DNA of 64,000 nt from Eledone cirrhosa. Its lineage: Eukaryota. Position numbers and translations under genes: made by a program. The notes below the pieces were generated by a model, which did no database searches, was not told the origin of the DNA, and worked only from the letters and a program-made list of their open reading frames with translations. Shown piece after piece: positions 1 to 13,100 of the stretch. The DNA lies in assembly GCA_964016885.1 (NCBI GenBank), contig OZ024743.1:150288001-150352000 (forward strand), written 5' to 3'. Each line of letters opens with the position of its first letter. The stretch's first letter is position 1.

Positions 1-611
1 TTTATGAGATCCAGTGGAATAGAATGGGCCTGTAAATTTCAACGATGAATGTTCCAATTGTTTGATCAATATAACAGCCAGCCTGCTCATGAAATTAAGA
101 TGTAAGTGGCTGAGCATTCCATAGACACATGAACCCTTAACGTAATTCTCAGGGAGATTCCGTGTGACGCAATGTGTGACAAGACTGGCCCATTAAATGA
201 CAAACACAGTTCACCCGACGGGCTTCCAAATGGGTTTCCGTCTACCCAATGTTATTAAAAACGCTTGAATCTACCTGAGGCTCCAGTAAATAATTCTTGC
301 TCAAGATGTCATGCATGGTTGGTAAACTGTCATTTAATGATTGTGAAGTGAACTTCTGAACTATTCGAAGTGAACTTCTGAACTATAAGTATCAATATAA
401 TTAAAGTACAGAACTGGTCATGCAGATGAATACTTAAATTAGATTTAGTTGCAACGTCCTGGTAGGAAAATAGAATGCATTGATGAAACAGCATGCAGTT
501 TTAATCCTCTTTAATTGTTAAGTGGTCTTTCGTAGAAAGGAATGAATTGTTAGAGTATGGACTCCCTTAAATTGATCATTCTAAAGTCGATAGTTTCACA
601 AAAGAAATATA

Positions 612-663
<52 letters not shown>

Positions 664-668
<5 letters not shown>

Positions 669-960
669 GATAACAAAATATATCGTTATATGTAATCCAG
701 TTAGAGGTTGTGAATACTTCTTATTATGGATAGTTTTAGCGTACGGCTTTATTTGACTCAACAAGAAGTTTACGTTGATGGCGAGTTTATGATTTAACTT
801 CTATTCCTATGTAAGTTTATCTTGGAGTAATAAAATTGGAAAAATGTGAAGAATAGCAGTACAAAAAAGGGGAATTTATTTAGTCTAACAATTGTTTCTC
901 TGATTGAGTTGTCTAAAAATTGCTGAACACTAGAAGCAGTGCCACTCAATTTTAAATACG
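664..960 (-). mobile_element. Solo Penelope-like terminal repeat (pLTR) fragment
   Basis: Homologous to 25178-25440 (shared gtaatccagttagaggttgtga...tttgactcaacaaga) and, inverted, to the 3' end of the Penelope element at 26900-27024. It abuts the (TA)n tract at about 608-664. Confidence 0.65.
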
Positions 961-969
961 ATGCTAGCT

Positions 970-3317
970 CAATCATGTCATCAGAAAAATCCTACACAAA
1001 TTTAGAAGAACAGGCGTGGGAAGACATCTCTATAGGACAGCACCCAATAAATCTCATAAATGGAAATCTCCTGGTAGAGACAGGGTGCCAAATTTCTGGC
1101 TTTCCTCACTCCCGTGCACTCACAATATATTGGTCAAGCTGTTTAATGGAATTATGAAAGATCCAAAAAATACACCTGATTGGATAGCAAGTGGCATTAC
1201 CTACCTTCTACCAAAGAACAACGAAACCAAAGATCCAAAAAACTATCGGCCCATAACCTGCTTGTCCACCACTTATAAACTATTAACCTCTATTCTCATG
1301 GAAAAAGCATACGTGTTTTTGGAGGAGAACAATCTTTTCCTCATTGAACAAAAAGGGTGCCGACGAGGTTCATATGGTTGCAAAGATCAACTTTTGATTA
1401 ATCGTATGATCCTTGAGAACTCATAATAAACACAGAAATCTCAGTTCTGCATGGATCGATTATAAAAAAGCCTTTGACAGCATACCACACGCATGGATTC
1501 TGAAATCACTGGACATCTTCAAAATCTCACCTGTGATCTCAAATTTCATGAAACACAATATGTCATTATGGAACACAAATCTCCAATTGTCTCATTCACT
1601 GGGGTACTCTGCTCTAGGAATATAAACATCAACTGTGGTATATTCCAAGGTGACTCACTTTCACCCTTGCTTTTCTGCATAGCTTTAATACGCCTTACAT
1701 CCGAACTTAATAGAACAGGGTACGGTTATAGAATTGACAACAAAAAAATAAGCCACATATTTTATATGGATGATTTGAAGCTATATTGCAAAGATAATGA
1801 CGAACTGGAAGGCCTTTTGCGGACAGTAACAACGTTTAGCGATGACATCAGGATGGAGCTTGGACTTGACAAATGTGCAAAAGCCACCTTCAAGAAGAGG
1901 AAGCTTGTCAACTCAGATTCAGTTGAATTGGATGCTGAAACAATCATAAAGGAACTTGAGCAGGAACAAACCTATAAATACTTAGGGATTAATGAGGGCT
2001 CTGGCATACAGCATGCAAGTATGAAAGAGAGGATAAGGAAAGAATGTTACAGGAGAGTACGTGCAGTTCTGAGATCAGAACTAAACGCTCGTAACATGGT
2101 GCTACCCATAAATTCATGGGCAGTCCCAGTTGTCACTTATAGCTTCGGTGTGTTGAATTTGAATATGAGTGAAATCAAAAGAATCGACACCAAAGTCCGT
2201 AAGCTGTAATAGGATGCACCACCCAAAAGCAGATGTGGATCGTCTTTACCTTCCTTGAACTCAAGGAAGCTGTGGCCTGATCCAATTTGAACTTGCTTAC
2301 AAGACCACCATCATTGGACTGGCCAAATACCTTGAAACAACTAACGACTGTATGCTGAAACTTGTTGAAAAGCATGAGAGAAGTAAGAAGCTTCATTCTA
2401 TCTTGAAGGAGAGCAAAAAATATGCTACTGATCTCATGCTTGATACCCAGGCTGGACAGACTAAAGAAACTGTTGACTCGTAATTACCAGGCCAATGTGA
2501 CGAGAAACAGAATAAACCCAAAGTGCCGATTCTGCAATGCTGAGGTTGAAACAGTGAATCACTTAGTCTCTGGATGTAAAGTTTTAGCACCAGTAGAACA
2601 CAAATATAGACATGACAGAGTTGGCCAATATCTACACTGGGTAATATGTCGACATTACAATATCAAAGCTGAAGACAAGTGGTACAATCATCACCCTGAG
2701 GCTGTAACTGAAGGAGAAAAAGTAACAATTCTCTGGGACTTTCCTGTACATACTGACAGGACCATAAAAGCAAATAGACCTGACATCATGGTAAAAGATC
2801 AACATAACAAGGTCTGTGATGCTCATATCTATTGATAGATATGAGCAGCCCATGTGATCACAATATCACGGCAAAAGAATTTGACAAGCTACGAAAATAT
2901 AAAGATCTGCTAATTGAATTCAAAAACATGTGGCACCTCAAGGCCGTTACAATACCAGTGATTGTGGGAGGACTGGGAATGATCAAGAAAGGAACAGAAC
3001 AATATTTGCAAATGATTCCTGGTTTACCCTCTCTGCACGAGGTGCAAATAATTGTTTTGACTGGTACTGCACACATATTGAGAAGAACACTATCTCTGTA
3101 AGATTGATATCCCTCCTTGTATTTACATATGCATATGCACATGTGTATATATATGTATACTGTTTTTTGTTTGTTTGTTTTTAAATTATAATCAATGTTC
3201 TGTATTAACTGGCTTACCAATGCACTTTGTGAATTTATTTGCCTTAGGTGCCAGGAAGACACTCGGCATATATCTCAGAAACAATAATGAAAGAAAATAA
3301 AAACAATAATAATAATA
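970..3317 (+). mobile_element. R4/Dong-like RLE non-LTR retrotransposon, 5'-truncated and frameshifted
   Basis: Consecutive ORFs 1016-1426, 1413-1625, 1493-2209, 2422-2835 and 2832-3101 give RT motifs (NYRPITCL, DYKKAFDS, GIFQGDSLSP, FYMDD), the knuckle CRFC-x8-H-x4-C and RLE motifs (RHD, RPD, K..KY). Stop at 3101, then a 3' UTR ending in (TAA)n at about 3317. Confidence 0.9.
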
Positions 3318-3495
3318 GTTCTGATTTAGGCACAAGGCTAGCAATTTGGGGGTGGGGGGAAGTCGGTTAAATAAACCCCAGCGCATGACTGGTGCTTTAT
3401 TCTATCGATCCCATAAGGATGAAAGGCAAAGCTAACCTTGGCAGGATTGGAACTCAGATCTTAAAGGGGCGTAACTATGCTGCAAAGCATGAAGT
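3313..3495 (-). mobile_element. tRNA-derived SINE, family A (Meta-domain-like)
   Basis: Reverse complement of the recurring consensus gagttcaaatccc...actttgcctttcatcc...gtcgataaaataaagtaccag...ggccttgtgcctaaa. The Meta assignment is from recall, not a search. Confidence 0.75.
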
Positions 3496-3500
3496 TTGGA

Positions 3501-3822
3501 ATTGAAATATAAATAGAAGCTTCACCGTAATATTTTGACTAAATTATATTGTTTAATAATGGGGTTTCTAAACCTACTGATTGGAAAAAGATGGGTATCA
3601 GCAAACATTGGAATTGAACCCACATCTCTCATTTGTTGGATGAGTATGCTACCATTATGCCAATGAAACCACCCAGCTTTTTCCATCAAACGAGAGGTAT
3701 GAGTTCAACTACCATGTGTGCTGATACCTAGCTTTTTCCATTCAGTGGGTTTATATGTCCCCATTATAAGGCAGTATTATTTAGTCAAAATATTATGGTG
3801 AAGCTTCTATTTCTATTTCAAT
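3501..3822. mobile_element. Head-to-head pair of tRNA-headed SINE copies forming an inverted repeat of about 140 bp per arm
   Basis: The minus-strand copy has an A box (tggcataatggt) and a B box (ggttcaattcc). The plus copy at 3682-3822 is 5'-truncated. Both end in ...gaagcttctattt.tatttcaat. Confidence 0.7.
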
Positions 3823-3827
3823 ATAAA

Positions 3828-3859
<32 letters not shown>

Positions 3860-3898
3860 ATTAATAAATGGAAAATATCTTTATAAAACCATATTTAA

Positions 3899-3951
3899 TT
3901 TATTATACGTATTTCAAGAGTACTAATATTTAATACGCTTTCGTCAGATAA
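3899..3951 (-). ncRNA. Type I hammerhead ribozyme motif
   Basis: Minus strand reads ttat-CTGACGA-aagcgta(loop)tactctt-GAAA-tacgta-TA-ataa. Confidence 0.8.
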
Positions 3952-4050
3952 AATATAATAATTGGTATTAAGATAGTGACATATCTTCATGTGAACTTAA
4001 TGGTATAAGTCCAGTGAAGATAGTCAATACTTAATACCAATTATTATATT

Positions 4051-4103
4051 TTATCTGACGAAAGCGTACTTAAATATTAGTACCCTTGAAATACGTATAA
4101 TAA
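4051..4103 (+). ncRNA. Type I hammerhead ribozyme motif
   Basis: ttat(4051)-CTGACGA(4055-4061)-aagcgtac/gtaccctt stem II-GAAA(4088-4091)-tacgta-TA(4098-4099)-ataa. Confidence 0.82.
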
Positions 4104-4139
4104 TCAACAAACCATATAACTCATTGTTTATATATATAT

Positions 4140-4620
4140 ATATATATATAAAGTTGTAGTTCCTGTCTGTTTCTTTGTTTGTTTGTTCACAAACTCCTCC
4201 TATGGTTTTGGAGATAGACCCCCATAACCATATATATTCTGAAACTACATTGCGCAGGATACTTGGATAAGTATATTTCCTTTTAATCAAAGGGTTCACT
4301 GGGGGCACAAACCCCCACTGAAATTTTTTTCCCTTCGCTTTATATAAAATTTAAACCATAGGTAAATGACAAGATATGATGCCTATTCACAAAATTTAAG
4401 GTCAAGCTCTTCTGATTCTGAGGATTCCACTTATACCAAGTGATAGTGAGTTGCCTTTTACATTTAAGAGGCTGCAGTTCCCAGTGAGGCCATGCTTTGC
4501 TACGAGCATAAATAAGAGTCAAGGTCAAACTTTGAAAACTATTGGTATAGACCTGACAAACCCATGTTTTATGTGGTTGTTTCAAGGACTGGAACTTCAA
4601 AAAATCTCTACATTTTAGCC
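4140..4620 (+). mobile_element. Possible non-autonomous Helitron/DINE-1-like element
   Basis: Begins tatatataaagttgtagttcctgtctgtttc...(gttt)n, resembling Helitron/HINE 5' ends. No 3' hairpin or CTAG terminus confirmed. Confidence 0.35.
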
Positions 4621-4828
4621 AATCAAGAAATGTTGTTTACTCTAAAGTTCTTCATTAGGACAAAGTATGAAATATATTTTCATGTATTTACTAAGTTAAC
4701 AAAAATAAAAAATTAAACTTTGAATTTCTAATTTGAAAATAATGCTTTACACAAAAATGAAATGATCAAGTTTTGAATTGATATTTTGAAAAAAATTAGT
4801 TACAAGAAACAAAATAAGAATAAGATTT

Positions 4829-5010
4829 AATAATTGTTTCTACTTTAGGCACAAGGCCAGCAATTACCCAGTGCATTACTGGTACTTTATTTTATCGACC
4901 CCGTAAGGATGAAAGGCAAAGTTAACCTCCGCGGGATTTGAACTCAGATCGTAAAAGGACGTAACTATGCTGGAAAGCATGGCGTCCGACCTTCTACCGA
5001 TATTGCCAAT
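4829..5010 (-). mobile_element. SINE family A, near full length
   Basis: Close reverse-complement match to 54018-54204 and 34812-35000. Confidence 0.8.
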
Positions 5011-5199
5011 AATAATGTAATTTTGATTTGATATATTACAAAAAAATAATGTTTTCCAGTTTTTCATGCATTACATTTTACATTGAGTAATATTGAAATG
5101 CAGAGTTTTTCTCCATAAATTATATCACTGATTTAAAATCAATCATCATTTTCTTACAAAAAAAAATGTGTGAAACGCAGTAAGGCGCGGGTAATTTGG

Positions 5200-5235
<36 letters not shown>

Positions 5236-5264
5236 TATATATACACGGATATATATATATAAAG

Positions 5265-5549
5265 ACCCTTTCAATCACGAATGACCATGGGATTCGCACT
5301 TAGAAAGTTCCCCTCTGAGGCGCAAGTCCGGCCATGTTGTTTGTGGAAGATCAGCAGTCGCCCAAGCATACGAGTCTCCTCTATCCATGCCACCGATGTT
5401 GTCCAATGGAAAGGCAATGACCAATACATCTTGGCACCAGTGACGTGGCAACTCATTTCTACAGCTGAGTAAACTAGATCAACGTGAAATAAAGTATCTT
5501 GCTCAGACACAACATGAGAATCAAACTCACAACCTCCCGATTGCAAACC
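5265..5549 (-). mobile_element. tRNA-derived CORE-like SINE
   Basis: Minus strand has B-box-like gagtttgattc, then gagcaagatactttatttcac...tttactcagctgtagaaatgag (CORE-like). Related to 18208-18352. Confidence 0.65.
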
Positions 5550-5550
5550 T

Positions 5551-5920
5551 TCATTATCATCACTATTTAACACCCATTTTTCCATGCTAGCATGGGTTAG
5601 ATGAGTTGTCCCACTGTGAGACAAGCCAGATCAGATGATCATGTCATGCTCATACAGAACTGTTTCTGGCTTGGTTTCTATGGCTGGATGACCTTCCTAA
5701 TGCCAACCACATTTACAATGAGGACTGGGTGCTTTATTTCGTGACACCTAGTTGACCACTTTACTGTGTGGTGAGGATGTTTTTTGCTGTGGTACCTATA
5801 CGACCAGTTTACAGAGTAGACTGGGCACTTTTTGTCATGGCACCAAAACAACCACTTTACAATGTGGACTGGGCATGTTTTGTTGCGGCACCCAAACGAC
5901 CACTTTACAGTGTGGAATGG
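5551..5920 (-). mobile_element. RTE-tail SINE-like repeat with an internal tandem subrepeat of about 48 bp
   Basis: (atc)n end, then ttccatgctagcatgggttaga...ggctggatg.ccttcctaa.gccaaccac, then about 5 diverged copies of accactttacagtgtggactgggc... Confidence 0.65.
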
Positions 5921-6163
5921 GGGCTGGAGTTGGGGAAGTCCATGAGAATTGGTGAGGTAGATCTAGGATGGGGTACTTATCTGGAGAAGTGTAGGTGTGT
6001 AAAGAACGTGGATGAAGAGTGGTGTGTTATGACATATGTAGAGTGTTAGGATGTGGGAGGCACATGGAAGGGGGAGGGAAGTAGATGATGGTGGGATGTG
6101 AGGACATGGGGGGGGGGTGTATGGAAGGGAGAAGGGGAAGGTAATGTATACAAGATGTATGCT

Positions 6164-6650
6164 TTAACCCGTGAACATGGGAAGGGGGATATTCTGTATT
6201 ATTGCATAATACCAGAGATGCAATTGTACAAGGTTAGCTTTTACCACCTCATCTGAAGTCTTCCTAGGTCTTCCTAGACCACAGCTTCCATCAACTTTGA
6301 GTGCCCTGCACCTATTTATACAGTTGTCATCATTCATATGCATCACAATACCAAAATATTCTCCTCTCCTGCACACTGCACCTGATCTCTCTTATGCCCA
6401 GTTTCTCTCTCAGTTCATTTATGCTTTGCCATTCATGTATATTACTATTACACATTCATTGAAGCATAACAGCTTCATTTCTTTCCAATCTTCGCAGGTC
6501 CTCTGCACATAGCAGCCAGGTATCACTAATATGCAACATTGCTGTTTGCATACATGTATCATACAATCTGCCCTTCATTTCGAAGGGAAAACGTTATGTA
6601 GTTAGCAGTGGTAGTAGTTCCCTGAACGTTCTCCATCCTTTAGCTTCTAT
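6164..6650 (-). mobile_element. RTE LINE 3' fragment
   Basis: ORF 6164-6376 has VDGSCGLGRPRKT.DEVV, typical of the RTE C-terminus. Confidence 0.7.
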
Positions 6651-7003
6651 ATTCTTCTCCTCCAGGTTTTCCTCTGTTGTCAAGTTTGTCTAGCCTTAAC
6701 TATAAGGTCACTAGCTACTAGAGCATGTTGGGAGGTGGATTCTTCACAAAGGAGAGTGTGTTTACAACTGTCACTCTATCTCATCTGCTGGTGAGGATAA
6801 GGTCTATCTGACTGGTATGTTCACCTGACCTATAGGTGATCAAGTAAATGTCTGTTTTTTTTTAAAGTTTGTGTTACAGATAGAAAGATCATTGACATCA
6901 CAGAATTCTAGAAACCTTGAACCTTCCTCATTTCTAGCACCGAATCCATAACCTCCATGGATTTCATTGAAGCCATCGCTGTATTGCTCAACATGCCCAT
7001 TAA

Positions 7004-7236
7004 CCATTTAGTTACTAACTTGTCCAAAACTGGCTCTGGTTCTATGAAATAAAACCAACCATTTCAAAGGTTTCCAATTTAAATTTAAATCTTCGAACAT
7101 AATTTTATATAAGAACCTTACATTAAGTTACTATCTTAGTAATGAAATAATTAATAATTTTAGTAAATTCTTTGAAAATTCTTCATTAATTAATCAAAAT
7201 AGGGTGTATTTCATTAGAAATCCAGTCATGAAAGAG
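7004..7236. mobile_element. Degenerate piggyBac-like MITE
   Basis: TTAA at 7000-7003 and 7237-7240 flank imperfect TIRs (ccatttagttact / agtcatgaaagag). A related 5' end occurs at about 11503. Confidence 0.45.
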
Positions 7237-8698
7237 TTAAAGTCACCTGCAATGATTATGAAGTTACCATCACTTATTTAGGAATTCATAGAACCTGTCT
7301 TTTAGTCCATCTGACAGCAGATATAATTGTTATAGTTCTTTTATTTGTTTTATTTAGTACTAGTCTAAATAAAGTCGAGGCCAACTTTGCCTTTCATCCA
7401 TTTGAGGTCGATAAAAAAGAACCAGGGTTAGATTCTTCCTCTATATCTCTTTCTTACTTCCATTCTCTCACTCTCCCTATCCTTCTCTGGACGAAATCTA
7501 CTGTATTCAGACCTGGAAAGGATTGGGCTTTGCCAGGTATAAAAATACCATAGAAACACCGAATGTCTCTATGGCACCCCTACAACTCCCTCAGGGGTTA
7601 TAGGAACAAGCAAACATGCATCCATACATGTTAGCATAAATAGAATGAGAGAAACAGACGATCTGATAATAGTTTTAGCTAATATGACACTAAAATATGG
7701 TATCAGTGGAAGCAACAAAAAATAATGATACAGTTATAATACCAGTGTTTGTGTGACAGACATACAGAGGTGGGTCTTATAATATAAATTCGAATTATTG
7801 CATCATGTTGTTTTATGAGATAATGTATTAACATTGTTTTGTTAATGGTAAAAAATTTGCTTTTTTAAAACTTTCATTGGAGTTAAGAAAATATAGATTG
7901 GTAATTTAAAATTTACATTCTTTTAAACAGTTTATCTAATAATTCCAATGGCTGTCTGTTGTATAACAACAGCAAAGAATACATTAAATATTAATGGATA
8001 GTTAAATATTATTTCTATTCTAGTTTATTGCATGTTTTATTATATCATTTAGACTATTTATTTTCTGTATTTGATTGCAAAGGTTGTATGCAGAGATTAT
8101 ATTAATATTTATATAGCCAGATGTGAGATACCATACACTAATGTCAATTCTATATATTTATGAGGTCAGAACTGGATTTTTATTTTTTACTGGCTTAGTC
8201 ACAGGGGTATTCAAATCCAACTGTCAGCCTGGGCTAATAATCCAACTATGGACATGCAAATGATTATGATAACTGCAATTAGCAGAGAAGGATTGTGACC
8301 ATCTGCTACTGTGGTTGAATGATAATAAAGTTGAGCCAGAGAAAGAAGAGTAGCACCAATGACATTTTGCAGGACCTCCAACTCTATTGGGTGAAAGGAA
8401 AAAAAGTATCTTTAGACTGGAAATCTAGTACAAATATTTGCAACAATCATACAATTTAGTGTTAAACTGGGCAATAGCTTAAATCTACGACCTTGCTACA
8501 AAACAGCATTTTCCAACCTACAGGTTGCAGTATAATTCTGAATGGATCATGACAAAATATTTTATCTTATAAAATGTACAATATTCATGAATACATTATA
8601 AATATCTCTATATTTATAATATAAAAACAAAAACTGAGAAATATCTAATGCTTTATTTATTTATTTATTTATTTATTTAAATTTTTTTTTAATTTATT

Positions 8699-8943
8699 TA
8701 AATACGATGAAAAAATAATAAAAATTATTGATTTGCTAAAATGAGTTGCAGTGGTAAAAATTGGGGGGCTGCTTCATTATCATCATCATCATCATCATCA
8801 TCACCGTTTTACGTCCATTCTTCCACGGACTTAAAATGGTGGTGATGACGATGATGATGATGATGAAGCTGTCCCCTAATTTTTACCACTGCAACTCATT
8901 TTAGCAAATCAATAATTCTCCTTATATTTTCATTGTACTTTAA
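8699..8943. repeat. Local inverted duplication with a 10-nt loop
   Basis: 8723-8816 is the near reverse complement of 8827-8917 (attattgatttgctaaaatgagttgcagtggtaaaaatt...). Weaker pairing extends outward. Confidence 0.85.
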
Positions 8944-9359
8944 AAAAAAAAGGTTCTCTAAAGGAATGTTGGTTTCAAACTAAAAACAGGAGTAGACAGA
9001 GAGTAATTCACCCTATCCATAATCATCTTAAGCAGACACTTTCTGTCTAGTTATTGTATTGCAATATGAATTCAGAGCTTTCTAATCATCCCAAATATAT
9101 CTCACTAGTTGGTCATTAATTTCATATTTACCCTCCTACATATTAACAAATGATTTCTTGACACCATTATATATAATAATAGCACAAAAGATGTTTGGGA
9201 GCTGGTGACACTTCCCTGCACTTCCTCACTTTCTATTCACAGGCCTCAAACATTGTATTTTTGGAGGTTTTTTTCTTCTTTTAGTTGATTGATATGCCAG
9301 TTAATGGAGAAGGGGAATGATCTTTGTAGAAATCAATATGAAATTTAGGCAGTTGATGT

Positions 9360-9404
<45 letters not shown>

Positions 9405-9541
9405 TCATCATCATCATCATCGTTTAACGTCCATCTTCCACGCTTGCATGGGTTTGGACGGCGGGAGTTTTCCCACTTGAGACAAGATTGGTTCTGCTCG
9501 TATAGGACTGTATGGCGGGTTTTCTATGGCTGGATGCCCTT

Positions 9542-9600
<59 letters not shown>

Positions 9601-10314
9601 TATATATATATTATATATATAAATCTATCATCATTTTACATCCAGTTTTCCATACTTGCATGAGTCTATTCGAGCACCTGCTTTCCACTCATTGTGTTCC
9701 TTCATTATCTCCTCTGTGAGGTTCAGCAATGTATATATATATGTATATATGTATATGTGTCAGTATGTGTGTGTATGTGTGTGTGTGTGTCTGTGTGTCT
9801 GTGTGTCTGTGTCTGTGTCTGTGTCTGTGTGTGTGTGTACTGTAATACAGTCCATCAATTGCCTGAACTAGAATGAAAACAAATAAATTCCAGACACATC
9901 CTTCAAAAGCCATTCCATAGACAAACAAGAACCAGCCTGCTCCAAGAGATGGTATGTGATTGTTGGACATCATTACACTGCAATCATTATTTACATAGTT
10001 TCTATATTACTCTGTAGTACCACTCCATTATGTAATAGGCACTGAATTACACATAATCAGTATATCACCCAGAAATACTCTTTAACCTATACCCCCCAAT
10101 CACCTAACCTGAACACACACCAAAGTAAACTACATGGTCAATTACCTGTATGCAAACTAACCAAACCAAATTTTACAATCACCCATTAACCCAATCGAAA
10201 TCCTATCCCAGTTAACAAACCAATAAACTGTAATAAAGGGATGAAGTGAAGCTGCAGGATCAACAAATAAATAACCAACTAAATACAAACAGAAAACTAC
10301 ACTTAATGATATTT

Positions 10315-10645
10315 TTCTTCTTCTTCTTCTTCTTCTTCTTCTTCTTCTTCTTCTTCTTGAGAGGGTTGTGGGGTCAGAGTCCTCAAGCACTCCTTGCAAC
10401 GAGTCTAGAAGAAACCGTTTCCAAATGATCCGGCTGGATCCCAGCCAAGCTCATGGATGTTATCCTTTCATCTTGCTTGGGGTCTACCCCTTGGTCTCTT
10501 GCTGGTTGAGTTTGCCCATCCCATAAAATGTGTCCAGTGATTCTTTCCTGGGGCATTCTAACCACATGCCCATTGTAGCGGAGCTGTGATCTCTTAATTT
10601 GGAGAAGCAGCGGCTCTACCTGAAGTGAATCTCTAATCGGCAAGT
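10315..10645 (-). mobile_element. RTE LINE 3' end with (AAG)n tail (family 2)
   Basis: IRDSLQVEPLLLQIKRSQLRYNGHVVRMPQER. Same 3' end as the copies at 43938 and 58471. Confidence 0.8.
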
Positions 10646-11168
10646 TATGACTTCATAATATTAAAAGAGAAATTTATTGCAATTCAAGCAACAGAAACCA
10701 TAAATAAGGAACTAAAACACATAAAGGCCACACAAGCTAATCCAGCAAAGGATAGTCCAAATAAATAACTGATTAAAGCAAATATAAATATATACAACAT
10801 TAATTGATAAAATATAATACATAACAAACATTGAAAAGGCAAAACAAATACCACATGTGCACACTGTCCAACAAAGATTCCAGTGTAGTAATTATAGAAA
10901 TAGCAATGAGATGACCACATATGCTTCAAACGGAAACAGCTGAAGTCAGAGATGCTAATTCTGTCAGTTCCCCCCCCCCCCCCCACACATACCTCCACCC
11001 CCACCCGCCACCCCTCATCCCTTACCATTACTTCATCCAGAGCTAACATTCTGACAAACAATACAATCCATCCCCCAAGTCATTCATGTCAAGCAACAAA
11101 TCTATGCATAGCATTAGTCAGGCACAATTTTAGTGTATCCCAGTTGTGACCAAATACAACCTCTAATA

Positions 11169-11357
11169 GAATAATTGTTTCTACTTTTGGCACAAGGCCA
11201 GAAATTACCCAGTGCATTACTGGTACTTTATTATATCGACCCTGTAAGGATGAAAGGCAAAGTTAACCTCAGTGGGATTTGAACTCAGAATGGCAAGGGC
11301 TGTAACTCTATGTGTCAAAGCATGGCGTCTGGAAAGTGAATTTTTGCCAATCTGCTG
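11169..11357 (-). mobile_element. SINE family A
   Basis: Same consensus as 4829-5010. Confidence 0.75.
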
Positions 11358-12258
11358 CATGGTCATTTTAGATATAATTTAGGGTGCTCTAGTGTATTGT
11401 AACAGTAGCACCATCATAGTTATATCAGCATGTCTCTAAACTGGGTCATCAAGTCCATAAAATTATTGGGTGGCTGAGCATTTGTAGTGACTTTGAGGGT
11501 TTTAACCTTTTAAATAACAAACTGGCTGAAACTACCCCTGGTTCTAAAATACAAAGCTATTTGTTGCAAGTGTTTATATTTATCTAAAAATTTCCTCATT
11601 GTTCTATGTACAAACGTTTGTTAATTTATGCTTTCCTTTACTATAATTTGGTTGTTATTACTTAAATTCTAAGTCATAGGTGACCATCCAGATCAGTAAT
11701 GTTCCAACTGCATTTAGCCAATATTATTAAATATATTTTCATGTATAGTGCATCTAGAACTACTTTATCCAATGGTTCTTTTTTCAAGATGGTGGCCTAT
11801 TTCTAGTTAGTTGAGCAACCATGCAGGCATTTCTTTGTTAGCTTGTTAACTTTCAGAAGTAATTACATGTTTCATGCTTTCCTTTCACACAGCAGATACT
11901 GTTTTGGCTATTTGATTTACATGCTTCTCTTTCATGTAGAATGTTTAATCTATTGTTAATTTAATGTAATAATTTTGTTATTTCTCATTGTTTAACTTCA
12001 TTTAGAGATAGTGTATTAGCAGGATCGATAGAGCATCAGATTGGATGTTTTATCATATATGTTTCAGCTCTCAAATATGGCTGCCTGGTTAAGAAGTATA
12101 TATATGTGCAAACTATATGGGTTTTTAGTCATATCCCTTTACAATCTGAGTTCAAGTCCCAATGTGGTCAACTTTGCCTTTCATCCTTTTGGAGTCAATA
12201 AAAAAATGTACCAATCAGGTAATAAGTTGATATAATAAATTATAGCCCTCCCTCAAAC

Positions 12259-13100
12259 TTGAGTGATGATCACGTTCTTATAGCTGCATCTGTGAAAGAA
12301 TTAGAGGTGAAATTTCAGGCATGGGAGAAAAACCTAGAATCGAAAGGTCTAAATGTAAACTTAGTGAAGATTTTGAAGACTAAAGTTCTGATAAGTAGGA
12401 AAGAAGACAGAAAACATACCATCAGAAATTCTATAAGGTATGCACTATGTAATCTAAGGATACACAAAAGATGCAATGGAATTACAGGCAGTTTGACAGA
12501 AAAGATAGGCTTTGCTTTGTATGTGGCAGATACATAGAAGTACAAAGAACATAGATGAAATAGATTGCCATGATTGCACAGGAAGCTCCCTAGAAGTTGT
12601 TGACAGTTTTTGTTGCTTAGGACCTAATCAGCAATAGAGGAGGATGTCCAAAAAGTGTGGTAGCCAGAATAAGAATGAGCTGGAAGGTAATTAAGGAGCT
12701 AGTGCCTTTGTTGATAACAAAGGTTGACTGTATGATTCTTGGATATGAACTGCAAAGCTACATAGCAAGGAGATGTAGGCCTTGGCCACAGAAGATCTGT
12801 GAAGACTAAAAAAAATAGATGAAGTGAGTAAGTGCCAGTGAATGTATGTGAGAGTGCATGAACAGTTTAGGATCAGCCAGCTGTATAAGAGGGGTCTGAT
12901 GCAGTGTGTAAGAGAAAAGATTACAATGCTACAAAGATGTTATGCACATGGAAGATAACAGTTGCATAAACAAATGCAGACAAATCTCAGTGGATAGAAT
13001 TGTGGAAGAGGTTGACCTAAGAAGACTGGGATGAAGTAGTGAAGACTTTAGGAAGATCAATTTTATGCAAGAATTTGTGCCATGTTGTGCTGGAGAAGTC
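12259..13100 (+). mobile_element. Decayed RTE LINE fragment (RT C-terminal half to 3' end)
   Basis: DDHVLIAASVKELEVKFQAWEKNLESKGLNVN..KTKVL. Colinear with 37070-37930. Confidence 0.75.

Noticed and set aside
3605-3670. tRNA gene
   Set aside because: A and B boxes are present but there is no complete cloverleaf, and the sequence continues into a repeated body, so it is a SINE head.
5700-5920. Periodic repeats of about 48 bp with variable parts
   Set aside because: These are diverged internal subrepeats of a SINE-like family also seen at about 17420-17520 and 55170-55330. It is not a repeat-spacer array.
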